DNA from: an uncultured Pseudomonadales bacterium
GTDB lineage: Bacteria; Patescibacteriota; Microgenomatia; UBA1400; PJMF01
Reading direction: 5' to 3'
Assembly: GCA_964400865.1 (NCBI GenBank)
Contig: CAYNWG010000003.1
Coordinates: 1 to 44,245 of the forward strand
DNA: 44,245 nt
Every line of letters begins with the position of its first letter. The stretch's first letter is position 1. A model generated the notes under the pieces. The model was not told the origin of the DNA, searched no databases, and saw only the letters and a list, made by a program, of their open reading frames with translations. The position numbers were made by a program, and so were the translations under genes. Of the stretch, positions 1-10,037 are shown piece after piece.

Positions 1-1294
1 TCACCACAGACTCAGAAGCAATCTCTACCCATTCACCATCCTCACTGACAACTTCTGATAGACTGGCGGCCGACGTGGCAGCATCAATAGCATCATCCAC
101 AGTACCTAAAACCAATGCATTAATTTGTGCGTCAGTGAGTTCCTGAGATGTACCAAGCACTTTCGGTTCAATCAGTGAAACTTTTTCATTCGTAAATTCA
201 ATATCTATCGGTGCGAAATAGACATCTTCGGCTATTTGCTGAGAACCAGATTGATCCTTCAAAACTTTATAGCTACCATCTGTGCAATCTATACTCGCTT
301 CATCACACTCAGTTTTTTCCCAAAGCAAAACATCGGCCTTAATCCAAGCACCTTGCACTTTGCCATCAACCTCTCTTTGACGAGTTGCATCTCCAGCCGC
401 TTCTGTATACCAATCACCCCACTCCAACATGCCTTGTTGTTGGGCAATGCCTCTTTTGGTGTAACCCAAGACTTGAGCAGTTTTATTCGCCTCAGACCTA
501 ACTTTCAGCCATACTCCTTCAGGAATGCTAAAACCAACCGCAAACTCATCTGACTCTTCTAAGCTAAATTCATCTTGAATATCTCTTGTTGTTCCAGCTA
601 CTTTTCCACCAGAAATCGCCATTGCCACTTCGTTTGATTCATAAATTTTTCCTCTAGTTGGTTGTATGGCAGAGTTTTTTAGAAAATCATTGGTAACGCC
701 ATAGACCGCAACATCACTAATCGAATTATTGTAGGTAACCCTCGCCACCGTCGCAATTACTGGCAAAGTGGTATCGACTCCAGTAATCTGACTTACCTTA
801 GCGATAGTTTCGTCATTTATGACTTCTTTGTGACCAGGTTGTAAGGAAACATCTGCTTGTCGTAATTCATCAAGCCTCGCCACTTTTGAAACCACCAATT
901 GCTGTAAGCCAAATCCAATGGAAACTAAAAACACGATTGAGCCAATACCGATCGCCATACCTCCCACCGTAATAAACGCTCTCGATTTTTTAAACATCAT
1001 ATTCCGCATAGCCAAATCCATCAGGTTAATCCGACTGATAGTTTTGGCATTTCGAGTGGTCAACGCAGCCACCTTGTTATACGCCTTATCGATATTTTCG
1101 CTAACGATTCGACACATCAAGTGAGAACTGGCTCGCTTACAAATAAATTTAGTAGAAAATCGATGCAATAAATAGACCGTTAGGATCAAATTAAAAAGTG
1201 CAATATGAGAAATCCAACTACCGAGCCCCTTTATTCTTTTTGGCAAACCTTTTACGACAGCCACATCCTTCGTTACTCGTTGGCTGAAGTTCAA
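1..1294 (-). CDS. ABC transporter permease, MacB/FtsX-like; N-terminal part only, gene runs off the left edge
   Basis: Absent from the ORF track because it has no stop in the window. Hand translation of the minus strand is uninterrupted from about 1294 down to 1: ...LMDLAMRNMMFKKSRAFITVGGMAIGIGSIVFLVSIGFGLQQLVVSKVARLDELRQADV... This is a typical MacB/FtsX TM1 followed by a large extracytoplasmic domain. It lies 20 nt downstream of the ATPase gene. Start is uncertain: TTG 1294, ATG 1117 or ATG 1021. Confidence 0.7.
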   Translation of the reverse strand, partial: MNFSQRVTKDVAVVKGLPKRIKGLGSWISHIALFNLILTVYLLHRFSTKFICKRASSHLMCRIVSENIDKAYNKVAALTTRNAKTISRINLMDLAMRNMMFKKSRAFITVGGMAIGIGSIVFLVSIGFGLQQLVVSKVARLDELRQADVSLQPGHKEVINDETIAKVSQITGVDTTLPVIATVARVTYNNSISDVAVYGVTNDFLKNSAIQPTRGKIYESNEVAMAISGGKVAGTTRDIQDEFSLEESDEFAVGFSIPEGVWLKVRSEANKTAQVLGYTKRGIAQQQGMLEWGDWYTEAAGDATRQREVDGKVQGAWIKADVLLWEKTECDEASIDCTDGSYKVLKDQSGSQQIAEDVYFAPIDIEFTNEKVSLIEPKVLGTSQELTDAQINALVLGTVDDAIDAATSAASLSEVVSEDGEWVEIASESVV

Positions 1295-1313
1295 ACTCGG
1301 TCTGCTCGTAGGT

Positions 1314-2063
1314 TTAATTGTGTTTTCCACTTTTCTTGACTTTAATATTTTTCGTCAGCGCTAAAATTTCTTTGCCTCTCGCTACATTGGCTACTGCCCC
1401 ATCAAAAAGCTGAACCGCTACCGTGGCATAACGTAAATAATCAATATCATGCGTCACCATAATAATAGTTTTCTTTTCTTCTAGATTCATCGTTTTAAAT
1501 AATTCCATAACAGCCTGACCAGACTGGTAATCTAAATTTCCCGTCGGTTCATCGGCAATTAATATTTCTGGATTGTTGGCCAATGCCCGAGCCAGTGCCA
1601 CCCGCTGTTGCTGTCCACCAGATAATTCTGTTGGCATATGGTATGCCCAAGTTGACAAGCCTACTTTCTCTAGTAATTTCAGTGATTGGTCAATCGCTTC
1701 AGTTTTTGGCAAACCCAACATTGTCAGCGGAAAAGCCACGTTTTCAACTACATTGAGCGCCTTAATCCAGTTTGATTGCTGATACACCATACCAATGTGA
1801 TTCTTGCGAAACTCCGCCCGTTGGTCATGACTCTGCTCTTTGTAAATGCTCTGTCCCAACAACCGAACTTCTCCCGTAGTGGGTGGTTCAAGCCCCAGCA
1901 TAATATGTAACAGAGTTGATTTACCAGAACCTGATGGCCCAATCAGAACAAAAAATTCACCTTGGGTAATCTCAACACTTGTTTCCTTAATCACGGGAAT
2001 TAATTGATCGCCAACTTCAAAACTTTTTGTGACTTTATCGATTTGTATTACTGGCATTGGCAT
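1314..2063 (-). CDS. ABC transporter ATP-binding protein (MacB/LolD/FtsE-like)
   Basis: Walker A GPSGSGKST, ABC signature LSGGQQQRVALARAL, Walker B ILIADEPTGNLD and H-loop VTHD. ATG start at 2063. Lies 22 nt downstream of the giant gene. Confidence 0.92.
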   Translation of the reverse strand: MPMPVIQIDKVTKSFEVGDQLIPVIKETSVEITQGEFFVLIGPSGSGKSTLLHIMLGLEPPTTGEVRLLGQSIYKEQSHDQRAEFRKNHIGMVYQQSNWIKALNVVENVAFPLTMLGLPKTEAIDQSLKLLEKVGLSTWAYHMPTELSGGQQQRVALARALANNPEILIADEPTGNLDYQSGQAVMELFKTMNLEEKKTIIMVTHDIDYLRYATVAVQLFDGAVANVARGKEILALTKNIKVKKSGKHN

Positions 2064-2085
2064 ATTTGTGTGTTTCTTGATTTTC

Positions 2086-5000
2086 CTATCTTAAAAAGCT
2101 AAAGACTTGTCCTAAGTTAGAGATTACGAGTCCAAGAGCATCGTCTGTGGCACGCGCGGTGATCATCACGGTATCGGCCGAACGAGTATCATTACCTACA
2201 ACATCTTTAGAAATCGCCCGCAGATGATAGACTTTGGATGGTGTTAGTCCAGAAATAACCACGTAGTGATTGATAGTTAGGCTACTATCCTCCTGACTTT
2301 GCTGTGTGTAGGTGACTCCAGTGCCCTCGCCAAATTCTACTTGGCTAGTGGCCGGTTCATCAGTGGTCCAAGACACAACGAGCTGAGCGGTAGCCAATTC
2401 AGTATTGGTCTCTCCAGATTGAATTGTGCTTTCGACGCGCAAATCGGAGATTTGCGCCGGCCGAGTATCGATAGCTGTAGTAAATTTCTGTACCTCCGAC
2501 ACCGCTTCGTTACCTGCCTTATCTCGACCTTTGACTACTAAAGTATACGGTGTATTTGCCAAAAGTCCTCGAATAAGGATTCGATGTGCGCCGTTGGCAA
2601 GATTAACGTTAACTTCATCTTGCGCCTGAGCCGGAGCTTCTGTTGGGTAGTAGGTCACAATGCTCGATGTGGCTGTGTTGGTTAACCAGGTAACCAAAAC
2701 TGTAGATTTAGCGGTGTTTCGGACTTGTTGAATCCTCACGGTGCTAATTTTGGGCCGAGGCATAGTAGTAAAGTCCAAAATTGTCCCCGCATATTCATTG
2801 TCTTCTGCATCAAACGCGTTAATTTTGTAATAATATTTGGTGCCATCAAGTAATTCATCTATGGTGGCGGTGTAGGTAGTTTCGCTCGTAGATGTGGCAA
2901 TTTCCTTCACCCCACCAAAAGCAGTCGTAGTGCCATAAAAAATCTTGACTGAGCTAGCACCAGTGGAAGTAAACTTCACAATTGCAGAGTCTAACCCAAG
3001 TGTGGGGACACTGACATCTTTAACGGATGGGGCGGGTTCCGTGGTAAAGTTCTTCTCCGCTGATACCCCGGTATTGCCATCTTCGTCCGTCCATTTGGCT
3101 TTGTAGTAATACGTTGTCCCTGGACTCAAGTTTGAAAGATTAATAGTGTGGTCGGTTGTTTGGATAGAACTTGAAGGTTCGGAGGTAAAATACGAACCAG
3201 GTGTTGTGCCGTACTGAACTTTTGAGTCTGAGGCGCGATCGGTTGACCAACTAATGGTTGCCTGCTTTGTGGTAATGGCAGAAGACGTTGGTCCAGCAGA
3301 TAAGCCCGGAGGCTCGGTGTACTTTCCGTCTGGTAACAGACTAACTGTGTTGGAAAAATCACCACAATCGCCAACGTAATTGCAGGCTTTTACTTTGTAA
3401 TAATATGTTATTTGCTCCAAATCACTATTAATGTGAGATGTACCCGGAATACTGCTTCCAATTAATGAGTAGGTAACATCGTCTATCGATCGATAAACTG
3501 AATAACTTGAAACAGACTCCGAATTAGTAACCGGGGCAGACCAACGAGTAACCAAGGTCCATTCTTCAGCTGCTTTATCTGAGATATCGGATACAGCTAC
3601 ATTAATGGGAATACCTGGTACCGCCGCATTAACTTCAAAGACAATCTCAGCGTAGGCTCCATAGTTTATGGTACCGCCTGTGCTTTCGGGATTCTTTGCT
3701 ACTAAATAAAATGAGTTGAGACCAGGCTTAACGCCTCGTTTTGCTTCTGGCAAAGAAGTAACTCCTTCGCCGGTGAATTTACAGCCAACTGCGTCTGGTT
3801 TTTCAACGATCGTGTAACAATAGTTGATTTCACTAGCGTCGCCGAGGTGAGTTGATGGAGGATCCCAAGTAAAACTATAAGCATCTTCATCACTCGATGA
3901 CTGGGTAGCACGTAAATTGAGTGGAACCGATGCGCCTTGACCAGCAAAATAATAGGTAGCCTGCAAATTTGTGGACGATACATTGCCTGCATTATCTATA
4001 GTACGTAGGTAAAAGAGATTATCATCAGTCTTGTAGGCTGCATCTGGAATAGTGACTAAAAGAGCGCTGCTAGTAGCTGACCATTCGCTCAGAGTACCAG
4101 AATCGGTGCCGGTTTTATATTGATAGCCAGCAATATTTGATGCTGTATCAATTCCTTCTGGCCAAGAAAAAGTGAACTCATTAGTTGGTGCATAACCAGC
4201 AGGTGAAACCGTAATACTAACTGGGTTGGTGGGCGCCGTATTATCAAATTTATACGTGAGCGGCGCCCAAGTATCCGGCTGGATATTTTGCGCGTTATCT
4301 TTAGTTTTCAAACGCAAATAATAAGTAGTACCACTAACCAAGTTAGACGGCGTATATACTGCGGGTACCTGAAAATCGCCGACTTGCACTGGTTCGGCAC
4401 TGGCAGATGCATTGAAGTACACATAATACCCTGCCACCCCACTTCCCCCACCATCATCAGCTCCGGACCAACTAAATTCTGGAGTGGCTTGCTTGTGCCA
4501 AACAGCTGGATCAGTATCCAAAAGTGACCCTCCAGTTTGAGTCAGAGCTACTAAGGTAGTTGGGTTACTTGGTGCGTCTGTATCAGTAATCACTCCCAAC
4601 TCCACTTCGCTGACAGAAAGTTGTTCCTCACCATCGCCACTAACAATTGCCTGCCATAGCAAGCCTTGCTCAGTCACTGGGAAAGTGGTCATTGCTCCAT
4701 TAAGATCAGTGGCTAAGCTTGACTCGACCAAACTATAAGAAGTCGTCCAATTACCTCCAGACAAATACTTCCAGGACGACCCTCCATCACTAGATAATCG
4801 AAAGGTGACTGAACCACCAGTGCCAGCATTAAACGAACTGGTAAATGCATCATATTCTTTAATACCAGAAGTAAATACTGGTGAAGCGGGACGAACGGTT
4901 TGTGCTGAAGTGGAATATGGAGTGGTGAGTAATTCACTGCGATTTAAAGAGCTAATACGCACCTCGTCCAGCATGCCCTCAAAAACTCCTCGTGGTTTTC

Positions 5001-8000
5001 CAAACTCTCTCCCTGCGTGAGTAGCGCCAATAATTACTGGAGAGGTTGAATCCCTCATCGAAACTGTTGTAGTAAGTGAACCGATTGAAACCCCATCTCT
5101 CAATATACTCATTGTCGTTCCGTCATATTTTGCGGCCACATGATGCCAGGCATTATCTTGTGTAGTCGTGGTAGATTTCAAAACTCGATTATTCCCGGTA
5201 TACCACACGGTGGCATCAGCGCTCGCACTGTTACCAGAACCCACATAGAGCTTGCCTTCATACACTGAAATTGCATTCATTTCTTCGAACAAATTAACAC
5301 CCCAACCCACTCCATCGCCTGCGACATTAGTCCAAGTGGTGCCGTTGTAACGCCAAACTTCGCCGTCCCCCGTGCCATTGCCTAATCCAGCATAGAGTTG
5401 ACCGTTGTACACCCCCACTGTGCGCACGCGCTCATATGACCCATCATCCCAAGAACCGCGAATATTGGCTCCACCGCCAATTTGTGTCCAAGTACTCCCA
5501 TTGAACTCCCAAACTTCGGCTTCACCTGTACCCGTACCAAGTGTGGCAATCAATGAGTCCCTGTACGCAAGCATCGCATCTACATTATTAAACCCATCTA
5601 ATGAACCAGTGGTCCAACTATTATTTACACCTCCACCGCCAACCTTGATCCAACTTGGAGTTGCTAACGGATCTGCACAACCAGTGCATTCCCAAACAGC
5701 AGCGTCATTGTTGGTATTGCCCAAACCCGCATACAATTTTCCTTTATACGGCTGTAGTGATAAGACTTGCTCAACATTTAGTAAACCTGTCCAACTACCA
5801 TAAACCGTCCCATTACCACCATCATCGCCCCCAATTTTTAACCAATTGGCACCGTCATACCGCCAAACTTCGCCGTCATCTGCCGAATTACCCAAGCCAA
5901 CAAATAAATAATTGCCCAACACTGCCTGAGAGAGCACCTCTTCAAAATTTGCACCCCAACCAGTACCATCACCACCCACCTGATTCCAAGTCGATCCATC
6001 AAATTTGTATAAATCGCCCTCATTGGCCGTGATGCCTAAACCAACGTATAAATCTCCTTCATATGACTGCATCGAAGAAACTTTTTCATAAATGTATGGA
6101 TTCCAACTATTATTTAGTCCATCTCCTCCAACAATGCTCCAGTTATCGTTTTGCATCTTCCACACATAAGCATTCCCAGCATATTGATATCCCATGCCTG
6201 CATATAAGGCATCTCCAGATACCTGCAATACCTCAATTGAGTTGATGCCTCGTTTACTCCAACTTTCGTTTTTAAAATCCCCTCCAAACCAAGTCCAAGT
6301 GGGGGTTGGCAACGCATTTGGATCAAATGCCCAAACTTGTCCTGAGTAAGCTGCGTTAACTGAATGAATGCCTGCATACAGCAAATTGTTGGCATACACC
6401 AATTTGTTGACCGTACCATGATTTGCCCCTGTAAACCCACTGTAAACTCCGTCTCCACCGACTTGCGTCCAGCTACCACCGTTCCAACGCCAGATTTCCT
6501 GTTCGCCGCCAGTTAGACCCAAGCCCGCGTAGATATTGGTACCGTCGCCACTGAGTGAATATACCCCCTCATATGTAGCACCCCAACCCATGCCATTATC
6601 GCCAATTTTCGTCCAATTTGGGGTACCACTCGCGCAGCTGGTGCAACTCCAAACCTCAGCTTCGCCAGCGGTTAGGCCCAACCCGGCGTACAAAATATTA
6701 TTTTGGAAAAACAAACTATACACATACTCATAATTGGTGTTCCAGCTGGCAGCCGAACCTACTCCATCTCCCCCAACTTTAGTCCAACTACTACCGTCCC
6801 AACGCCATACCTCTGCATCACCTGCAGTTAAGCCCAAACCGGCATAAATGTTTGTACCATCTCCGGTTAAGGAATAGACATACTCGATATCATTTGCCCC
6901 AGTCCAACTACTATTTGTACCACCCACACCGTTGTCGCCGCCAATTTTTGTCCAACTTGGCAAGTCCGTGGAACATCCTGTACAACTCCAAACCTCTGCA
7001 TCATCTGCGGTCAAGCCTAGTCCAGCATATAAAGTGCTGTTCTGAAAATATAATGAGTAAACACCCTCAATTGTGTTGACAAGCCAAGAACCGTATTGAG
7101 CATCACCACCTACTTTAAACCAAGTTGAACCATTCCAACGCCAAACTTCTCCCTCTCCCGCCGTTAATCCCAATCCGACATATAAGTTCGTGCCATCGTT
7201 TGCCATGGTATAGACGGCCTCATACGTATTAGCTCCCCATGAGTTGTTGAGTCCATCGCCACCAATTCTTGTCCAAACACTCCCATCCCATTTCCAAACT
7301 TGAGCGTCACCCAGAGCATTGCCCAATCCTACATAAACATCTGTGCCAATAACCGACATGGTTTCAACATTGGCTGAACCAGAAATATCCCAGCTACTAT
7401 TTAAGTAGTTACCCGCGTGCTGGATCCAAGTGGTTGCCTGACTGTCCGCTAATTCGTAAACCAATTTACCAGTTTCATTATCAAAGTAAAGTTGATAGTC
7501 GCCTTTATCTATTATTCCTTGGCGTTGGTTACTCACTCCTGCCTGGAAGGTTTCATTAAATTTTGTCCAGGCTTCAAGTGTATGTTCTCCTGAAAGTGAA
7601 AGTGGCACAGAATCCTGGACTGTCACTGCGCTGGTGGTGCCATTAAAAAACGTACCATTTTGAAGCTGGCCAGATTGATACAGTAACGAACTTGAGGTAG
7701 CTGAGTGAGTAAAAGATGAAGAATCCACAGGATCTCCACTTGATTCGTTGAAGTGAAGTAGCAATGCTGTCTGAGCATCAGAAATATATTCTTGAATCTT
7801 TAATTGTGCGGAACTAGCAGAAACTTCTATTAAATTACTATCTGAAAGAATGTAATCTCCCGGTGTAGAGAAATTCCACAGATGTATGTCGTTGGACGCG
7901 AAGATCTTAGGCATTACATTGACCACAAACCAAACTGAGCTCAAACCAGCCAGCACTCCAAGAACAGATAGACTTAGAAAGCGTGTTTTAGTTTGAGCTT

Positions 8001-8094
8001 TTTTGTGCGAGAAATAGTTAGTAAAGAGTAGTTTTTTCAAACCACCACAAATACCAACAAAAACTCGACTTAAATGATCGAGGGTTTTACCCAT
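2086..8094 (-). CDS. Giant (2002 aa) membrane-anchored surface protein: LamG-like domain, about 14 propeller-like repeats, FN3 array
   Basis: Single uninterrupted ORF with an ATG at 8094 and an N-terminal TM helix (LSLSVLGVLAGLSSVWFVVNV). LamG/Laminin_G_3-like motifs: LLLHFNE...TLEAWTKF, and much later WHHVAAKYDG...FEGMLDEVRISS. Repeated GGDG..SW...VYSL...LYAGLGLTAGDAEVWRW.GS.W units. C-terminal half carries many FN3 / purple-acid-phosphatase-N-like units (TISWSTD...VQYGTT...PGTTYYYK). Confidence 0.85.
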   Translation of the reverse strand: MGKTLDHLSRVFVGICGGLKKLLFTNYFSHKKAQTKTRFLSLSVLGVLAGLSSVWFVVNVMPKIFASNDIHLWNFSTPGDYILSDSNLIEVSASSAQLKIQEYISDAQTALLLHFNESSGDPVDSSSFTHSATSSSLLYQSGQLQNGTFFNGTTSAVTVQDSVPLSLSGEHTLEAWTKFNETFQAGVSNQRQGIIDKGDYQLYFDNETGKLVYELADSQATTWIQHAGNYLNSSWDISGSANVETMSVIGTDVYVGLGNALGDAQVWKWDGSVWTRIGGDGLNNSWGANTYEAVYTMANDGTNLYVGLGLTAGEGEVWRWNGSTWFKVGGDAQYGSWLVNTIEGVYSLYFQNSTLYAGLGLTADDAEVWSCTGCSTDLPSWTKIGGDNGVGGTNSSWTGANDIEYVYSLTGDGTNIYAGLGLTAGDAEVWRWDGSSWTKVGGDGVGSAASWNTNYEYVYSLFFQNNILYAGLGLTAGEAEVWSCTSCASGTPNWTKIGDNGMGWGATYEGVYSLSGDGTNIYAGLGLTGGEQEIWRWNGGSWTQVGGDGVYSGFTGANHGTVNKLVYANNLLYAGIHSVNAAYSGQVWAFDPNALPTPTWTWFGGDFKNESWSKRGINSIEVLQVSGDALYAGMGYQYAGNAYVWKMQNDNWSIVGGDGLNNSWNPYIYEKVSSMQSYEGDLYVGLGITANEGDLYKFDGSTWNQVGGDGTGWGANFEEVLSQAVLGNYLFVGLGNSADDGEVWRYDGANWLKIGGDDGGNGTVYGSWTGLLNVEQVLSLQPYKGKLYAGLGNTNNDAAVWECTGCADPLATPSWIKVGGGGVNNSWTTGSLDGFNNVDAMLAYRDSLIATLGTGTGEAEVWEFNGSTWTQIGGGANIRGSWDDGSYERVRTVGVYNGQLYAGLGNGTGDGEVWRYNGTTWTNVAGDGVGWGVNLFEEMNAISVYEGKLYVGSGNSASADATVWYTGNNRVLKSTTTTQDNAWHHVAAKYDGTTMSILRDGVSIGSLTTTVSMRDSTSPVIIGATHAGREFGKPRGVFEGMLDEVRISSLNRSELLTTPYSTSAQTVRPASPVFTSGIKEYDAFTSSFNAGTGGSVTFRLSSDGGSSWKYLSGGNWTTSYSLVESSLATDLNGAMTTFPVTEQGLLWQAIVSGDGEEQLSVSEVELGVITDTDAPSNPTTLVALTQTGGSLLDTDPAVWHKQATPEFSWSGADDGGGSGVAGYYVYFNASASAEPVQVGDFQVPAVYTPSNLVSGTTYYLRLKTKDNAQNIQPDTWAPLTYKFDNTAPTNPVSITVSPAGYAPTNEFTFSWPEGIDTASNIAGYQYKTGTDSGTLSEWSATSSALLVTIPDAAYKTDDNLFYLRTIDNAGNVSSTNLQATYYFAGQGASVPLNLRATQSSSDEDAYSFTWDPPSTHLGDASEINYCYTIVEKPDAVGCKFTGEGVTSLPEAKRGVKPGLNSFYLVAKNPESTGGTINYGAYAEIVFEVNAAVPGIPINVAVSDISDKAAEEWTLVTRWSAPVTNSESVSSYSVYRSIDDVTYSLIGSSIPGTSHINSDLEQITYYYKVKACNYVGDCGDFSNTVSLLPDGKYTEPPGLSAGPTSSAITTKQATISWSTDRASDSKVQYGTTPGSYFTSEPSSSIQTTDHTINLSNLSPGTTYYYKAKWTDEDGNTGVSAEKNFTTEPAPSVKDVSVPTLGLDSAIVKFTSTGASSVKIFYGTTTAFGGVKEIATSTSETTYTATIDELLDGTKYYYKINAFDAEDNEYAGTILDFTTMPRPKISTVRIQQVRNTAKSTVLVTWLTNTATSSIVTYYPTEAPAQAQDEVNVNLANGAHRILIRGLLANTPYTLVVKGRDKAGNEAVSEVQKFTTAIDTRPAQISDLRVESTIQSGETNTELATAQLVVSWTTDEPATSQVEFGEGTGVTYTQQSQEDSSLTINHYVVISGLTPSKVYHLRAISKDVVGNDTRSADTVMITARATDDALGLVISNLGQVFSFLR
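5200..7420 (-). repeat. About 14 tandem ~50-60 aa propeller/Kelch-like coding repeats inside the 2002-aa gene
   Basis: I counted 14 recurrences of the core motif [DE][AG][EQ]VW[RK][WY].G..W..[IV]GGDG, each preceded by LY[AV]GLG. Four copies carry a Cys-containing variant (VWSCTGC / VWSCTSC / VWECTGC). Confidence 0.75.
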
Positions 8095-8163
8095 ACAAAT
8101 ACAACTATATATAAAAAATGCGACCGGGGGAATACAGAGAAAATTCCGTTAAATCGGGAATTA

Positions 8164-8796
8164 TTATTTTGAAGATTTTTTACTCTTTATCCACTCAATG
8201 ATCATGGGCACAATGCTGATCAAAACAATTATCACTATAACTATTTCGAAATTCTTTTGCACCCAAGGCACATTACCAAAGAAAAATCCCAACAAGGTAA
8301 ATATCAGCACCCAAGAAATACCACCCACCACGTTATACGTTATAAAAGTGCTGTAGTGCATCTTGCCAACCCCCGCTACGAATGGCGCAAAGGTGCGAAT
8401 AATTGGCACAAATCGCGCCAAAATAATCATTTTGGCGCCATGTTTAGCATAAAATTCTTCTGTTTTTTTGATATGCTCTGGCTTGATGAGTGGAATTCTT
8501 TTAGAAGCAATAATTCTTTCGCCAAAAAAATGACCAATCCAATAATTTACAGTATCGCCCAAAACTGCCGCCACACAGAGCAGCCCAAGCAGTACAAAAA
8601 TGTTTAATGAACCCAGTGCAGCAATAGCACCTGAAGCAAATAATAAAGAATCACCCGGTAAAAAAGGAAAAAAAACTAAGCCAGTTTCGGCAAAAATAAT
8701 TCCAAATAAGATGGCGTAGGTTGCCGTCCCATATTGTCCAACTAATTGGGTTAAATATTCATCCAAATGGAGAAAGAACTCAAAAATTTGTGGCAT
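8164..8796 (-). CDS. DedA family (VTT/SNARE-associated) membrane protein
   Basis: Motif FPFLPGDSLLFASGA, followed by GERI...KTEEFYAKHGAKMIILARFVPIIRTFAPFVAGV, which is characteristic of DedA. Multiple TM helices. Confidence 0.85.
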   Translation of the reverse strand: MPQIFEFFLHLDEYLTQLVGQYGTATYAILFGIIFAETGLVFFPFLPGDSLLFASGAIAALGSLNIFVLLGLLCVAAVLGDTVNYWIGHFFGERIIASKRIPLIKPEHIKKTEEFYAKHGAKMIILARFVPIIRTFAPFVAGVGKMHYSTFITYNVVGGISWVLIFTLLGFFFGNVPWVQKNFEIVIVIIVLISIVPMIIEWIKSKKSSK

Positions 8797-8853
8797 AAGC
8801 TGTAATCCTACAAAGCAAGTACTACAAAAACAAGCAGGAAAATAAACACAGTC

Positions 8854-9999
8854 CTAAGTTCTTTCTGTATGCATTGGAGTTCGTAAACTAATCACTGTGA
8901 CTATATAGAGTACGATTGCCCCAATTAGCACATGAGATAGCACTATGTGTTGCCAAATTCCTATAATTATAAGTGGATTTTTCAGATTGGCAGCTACGAG
9001 CAAATACGAGATCCCAATGGCAACGAGATATTTCGTTTTTGAACGTTTCAAGTTCATTGCTCGCAATGAAACAGCAAAAAAAGGAACCAACAGTGCCACA
9101 TAATGATGCTGCCAAGCCAAGCCGGTCCCTACCAAAACAGAAATCATCAGTAGTCCCAACTCACTCAGTTCGACGGCAACTAACTGTTTTTTTTCCCGCA
9201 TAATAAACCAACTCATCGCAAGCATGCCTCCAAAGACTAAATAATTTATCACTTTCGCTACCTGATCAGCCATATCAGCTCGAGCCAGCCACCCAGTTAG
9301 CGCTTGATTGTAATAAATTGCATTACCAACGGTGGGAATAGCAGGAAAAATTTTTTGCCAATAATCAATAGTTGCACTTGTACCAAGTAGCGTCAGTCCG
9401 AAACCATTCAACACTATAAATCCTACTATGCAACTAATTACGATACGCCATTGTCTTTTTTTTAAAAAAAACACCAACAGGACTAAGGGTGTAAGTTTGA
9501 GCGCGGCCGCGATTGCCAGAGCACTACCAGCGAGTACCGGCAGTTGCCTTCTGTACCAATAGAAAGATAAACAAGTGAGAAGTAATAAAAACAAATTAAT
9601 TTGACCCATGCCCAAATTGAATTTGACCGGAAAACTAAGCATCGCCAAACCAGCAACAATAAAAAAATTACGCGTCGAGTTAGTCTCAGAAATTCGTAGT
9701 AAGAGAGAAACAGACACAAGTAAGGCAATCAACGAAAAGATTGTCCAGACATCTTCCGCAAACTCCAGTGGTAGACTCGCAAACGGAGTCAGTAATACCA
9801 ATGAAATTGGAGGATAAATTACGCCCTGAACTTGTTCATACGGGTTCTTGTTACGTAAAACCGATTGGGCTCCCAAATAATACAATCTAAAATCTTGCAG
9901 CTGTGAGACCGCAATAATCCTAGCTACTGTGAACAAAGAGTATGAAAAAGAAGCAATGATAAATCCCAAGAGCAAAATATTTTTTATTCTCTGTTGCAT
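8854..9999 (-). CDS. Polytopic GT-C type glycosyltransferase, GT87/DUF2029-like
   Basis: About 10 predicted TM helices. N-terminal loop motif DFRLYYLGAQSVLRNKNPYE...IYPP resembles DUF2029 / alpha-1,2-mannosyltransferase-like proteins. Confidence 0.55.
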   Translation of the reverse strand: MQQRIKNILLLGFIIASFSYSLFTVARIIAVSQLQDFRLYYLGAQSVLRNKNPYEQVQGVIYPPISLVLLTPFASLPLEFAEDVWTIFSLIALLVSVSLLLRISETNSTRNFFIVAGLAMLSFPVKFNLGMGQINLFLLLLTCLSFYWYRRQLPVLAGSALAIAAALKLTPLVLLVFFLKKRQWRIVISCIVGFIVLNGFGLTLLGTSATIDYWQKIFPAIPTVGNAIYYNQALTGWLARADMADQVAKVINYLVFGGMLAMSWFIMREKKQLVAVELSELGLLMISVLVGTGLAWQHHYVALLVPFFAVSLRAMNLKRSKTKYLVAIGISYLLVAANLKNPLIIIGIWQHIVLSHVLIGAIVLYIVTVISLRTPMHTERT

Positions 10000-10037
10000 A
10001 GTATATTTGATGGCATTCTACCTTTTTTTACGCTACG

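Noticed and set aside
236-1124. Plus-strand track ORFs 236..553 and 918..1124
   Set aside because: They lie antisense to a continuous minus-strand frame with clear MacB/FtsX permease features. Their products are low-complexity and implausible, so they are shadow ORFs.
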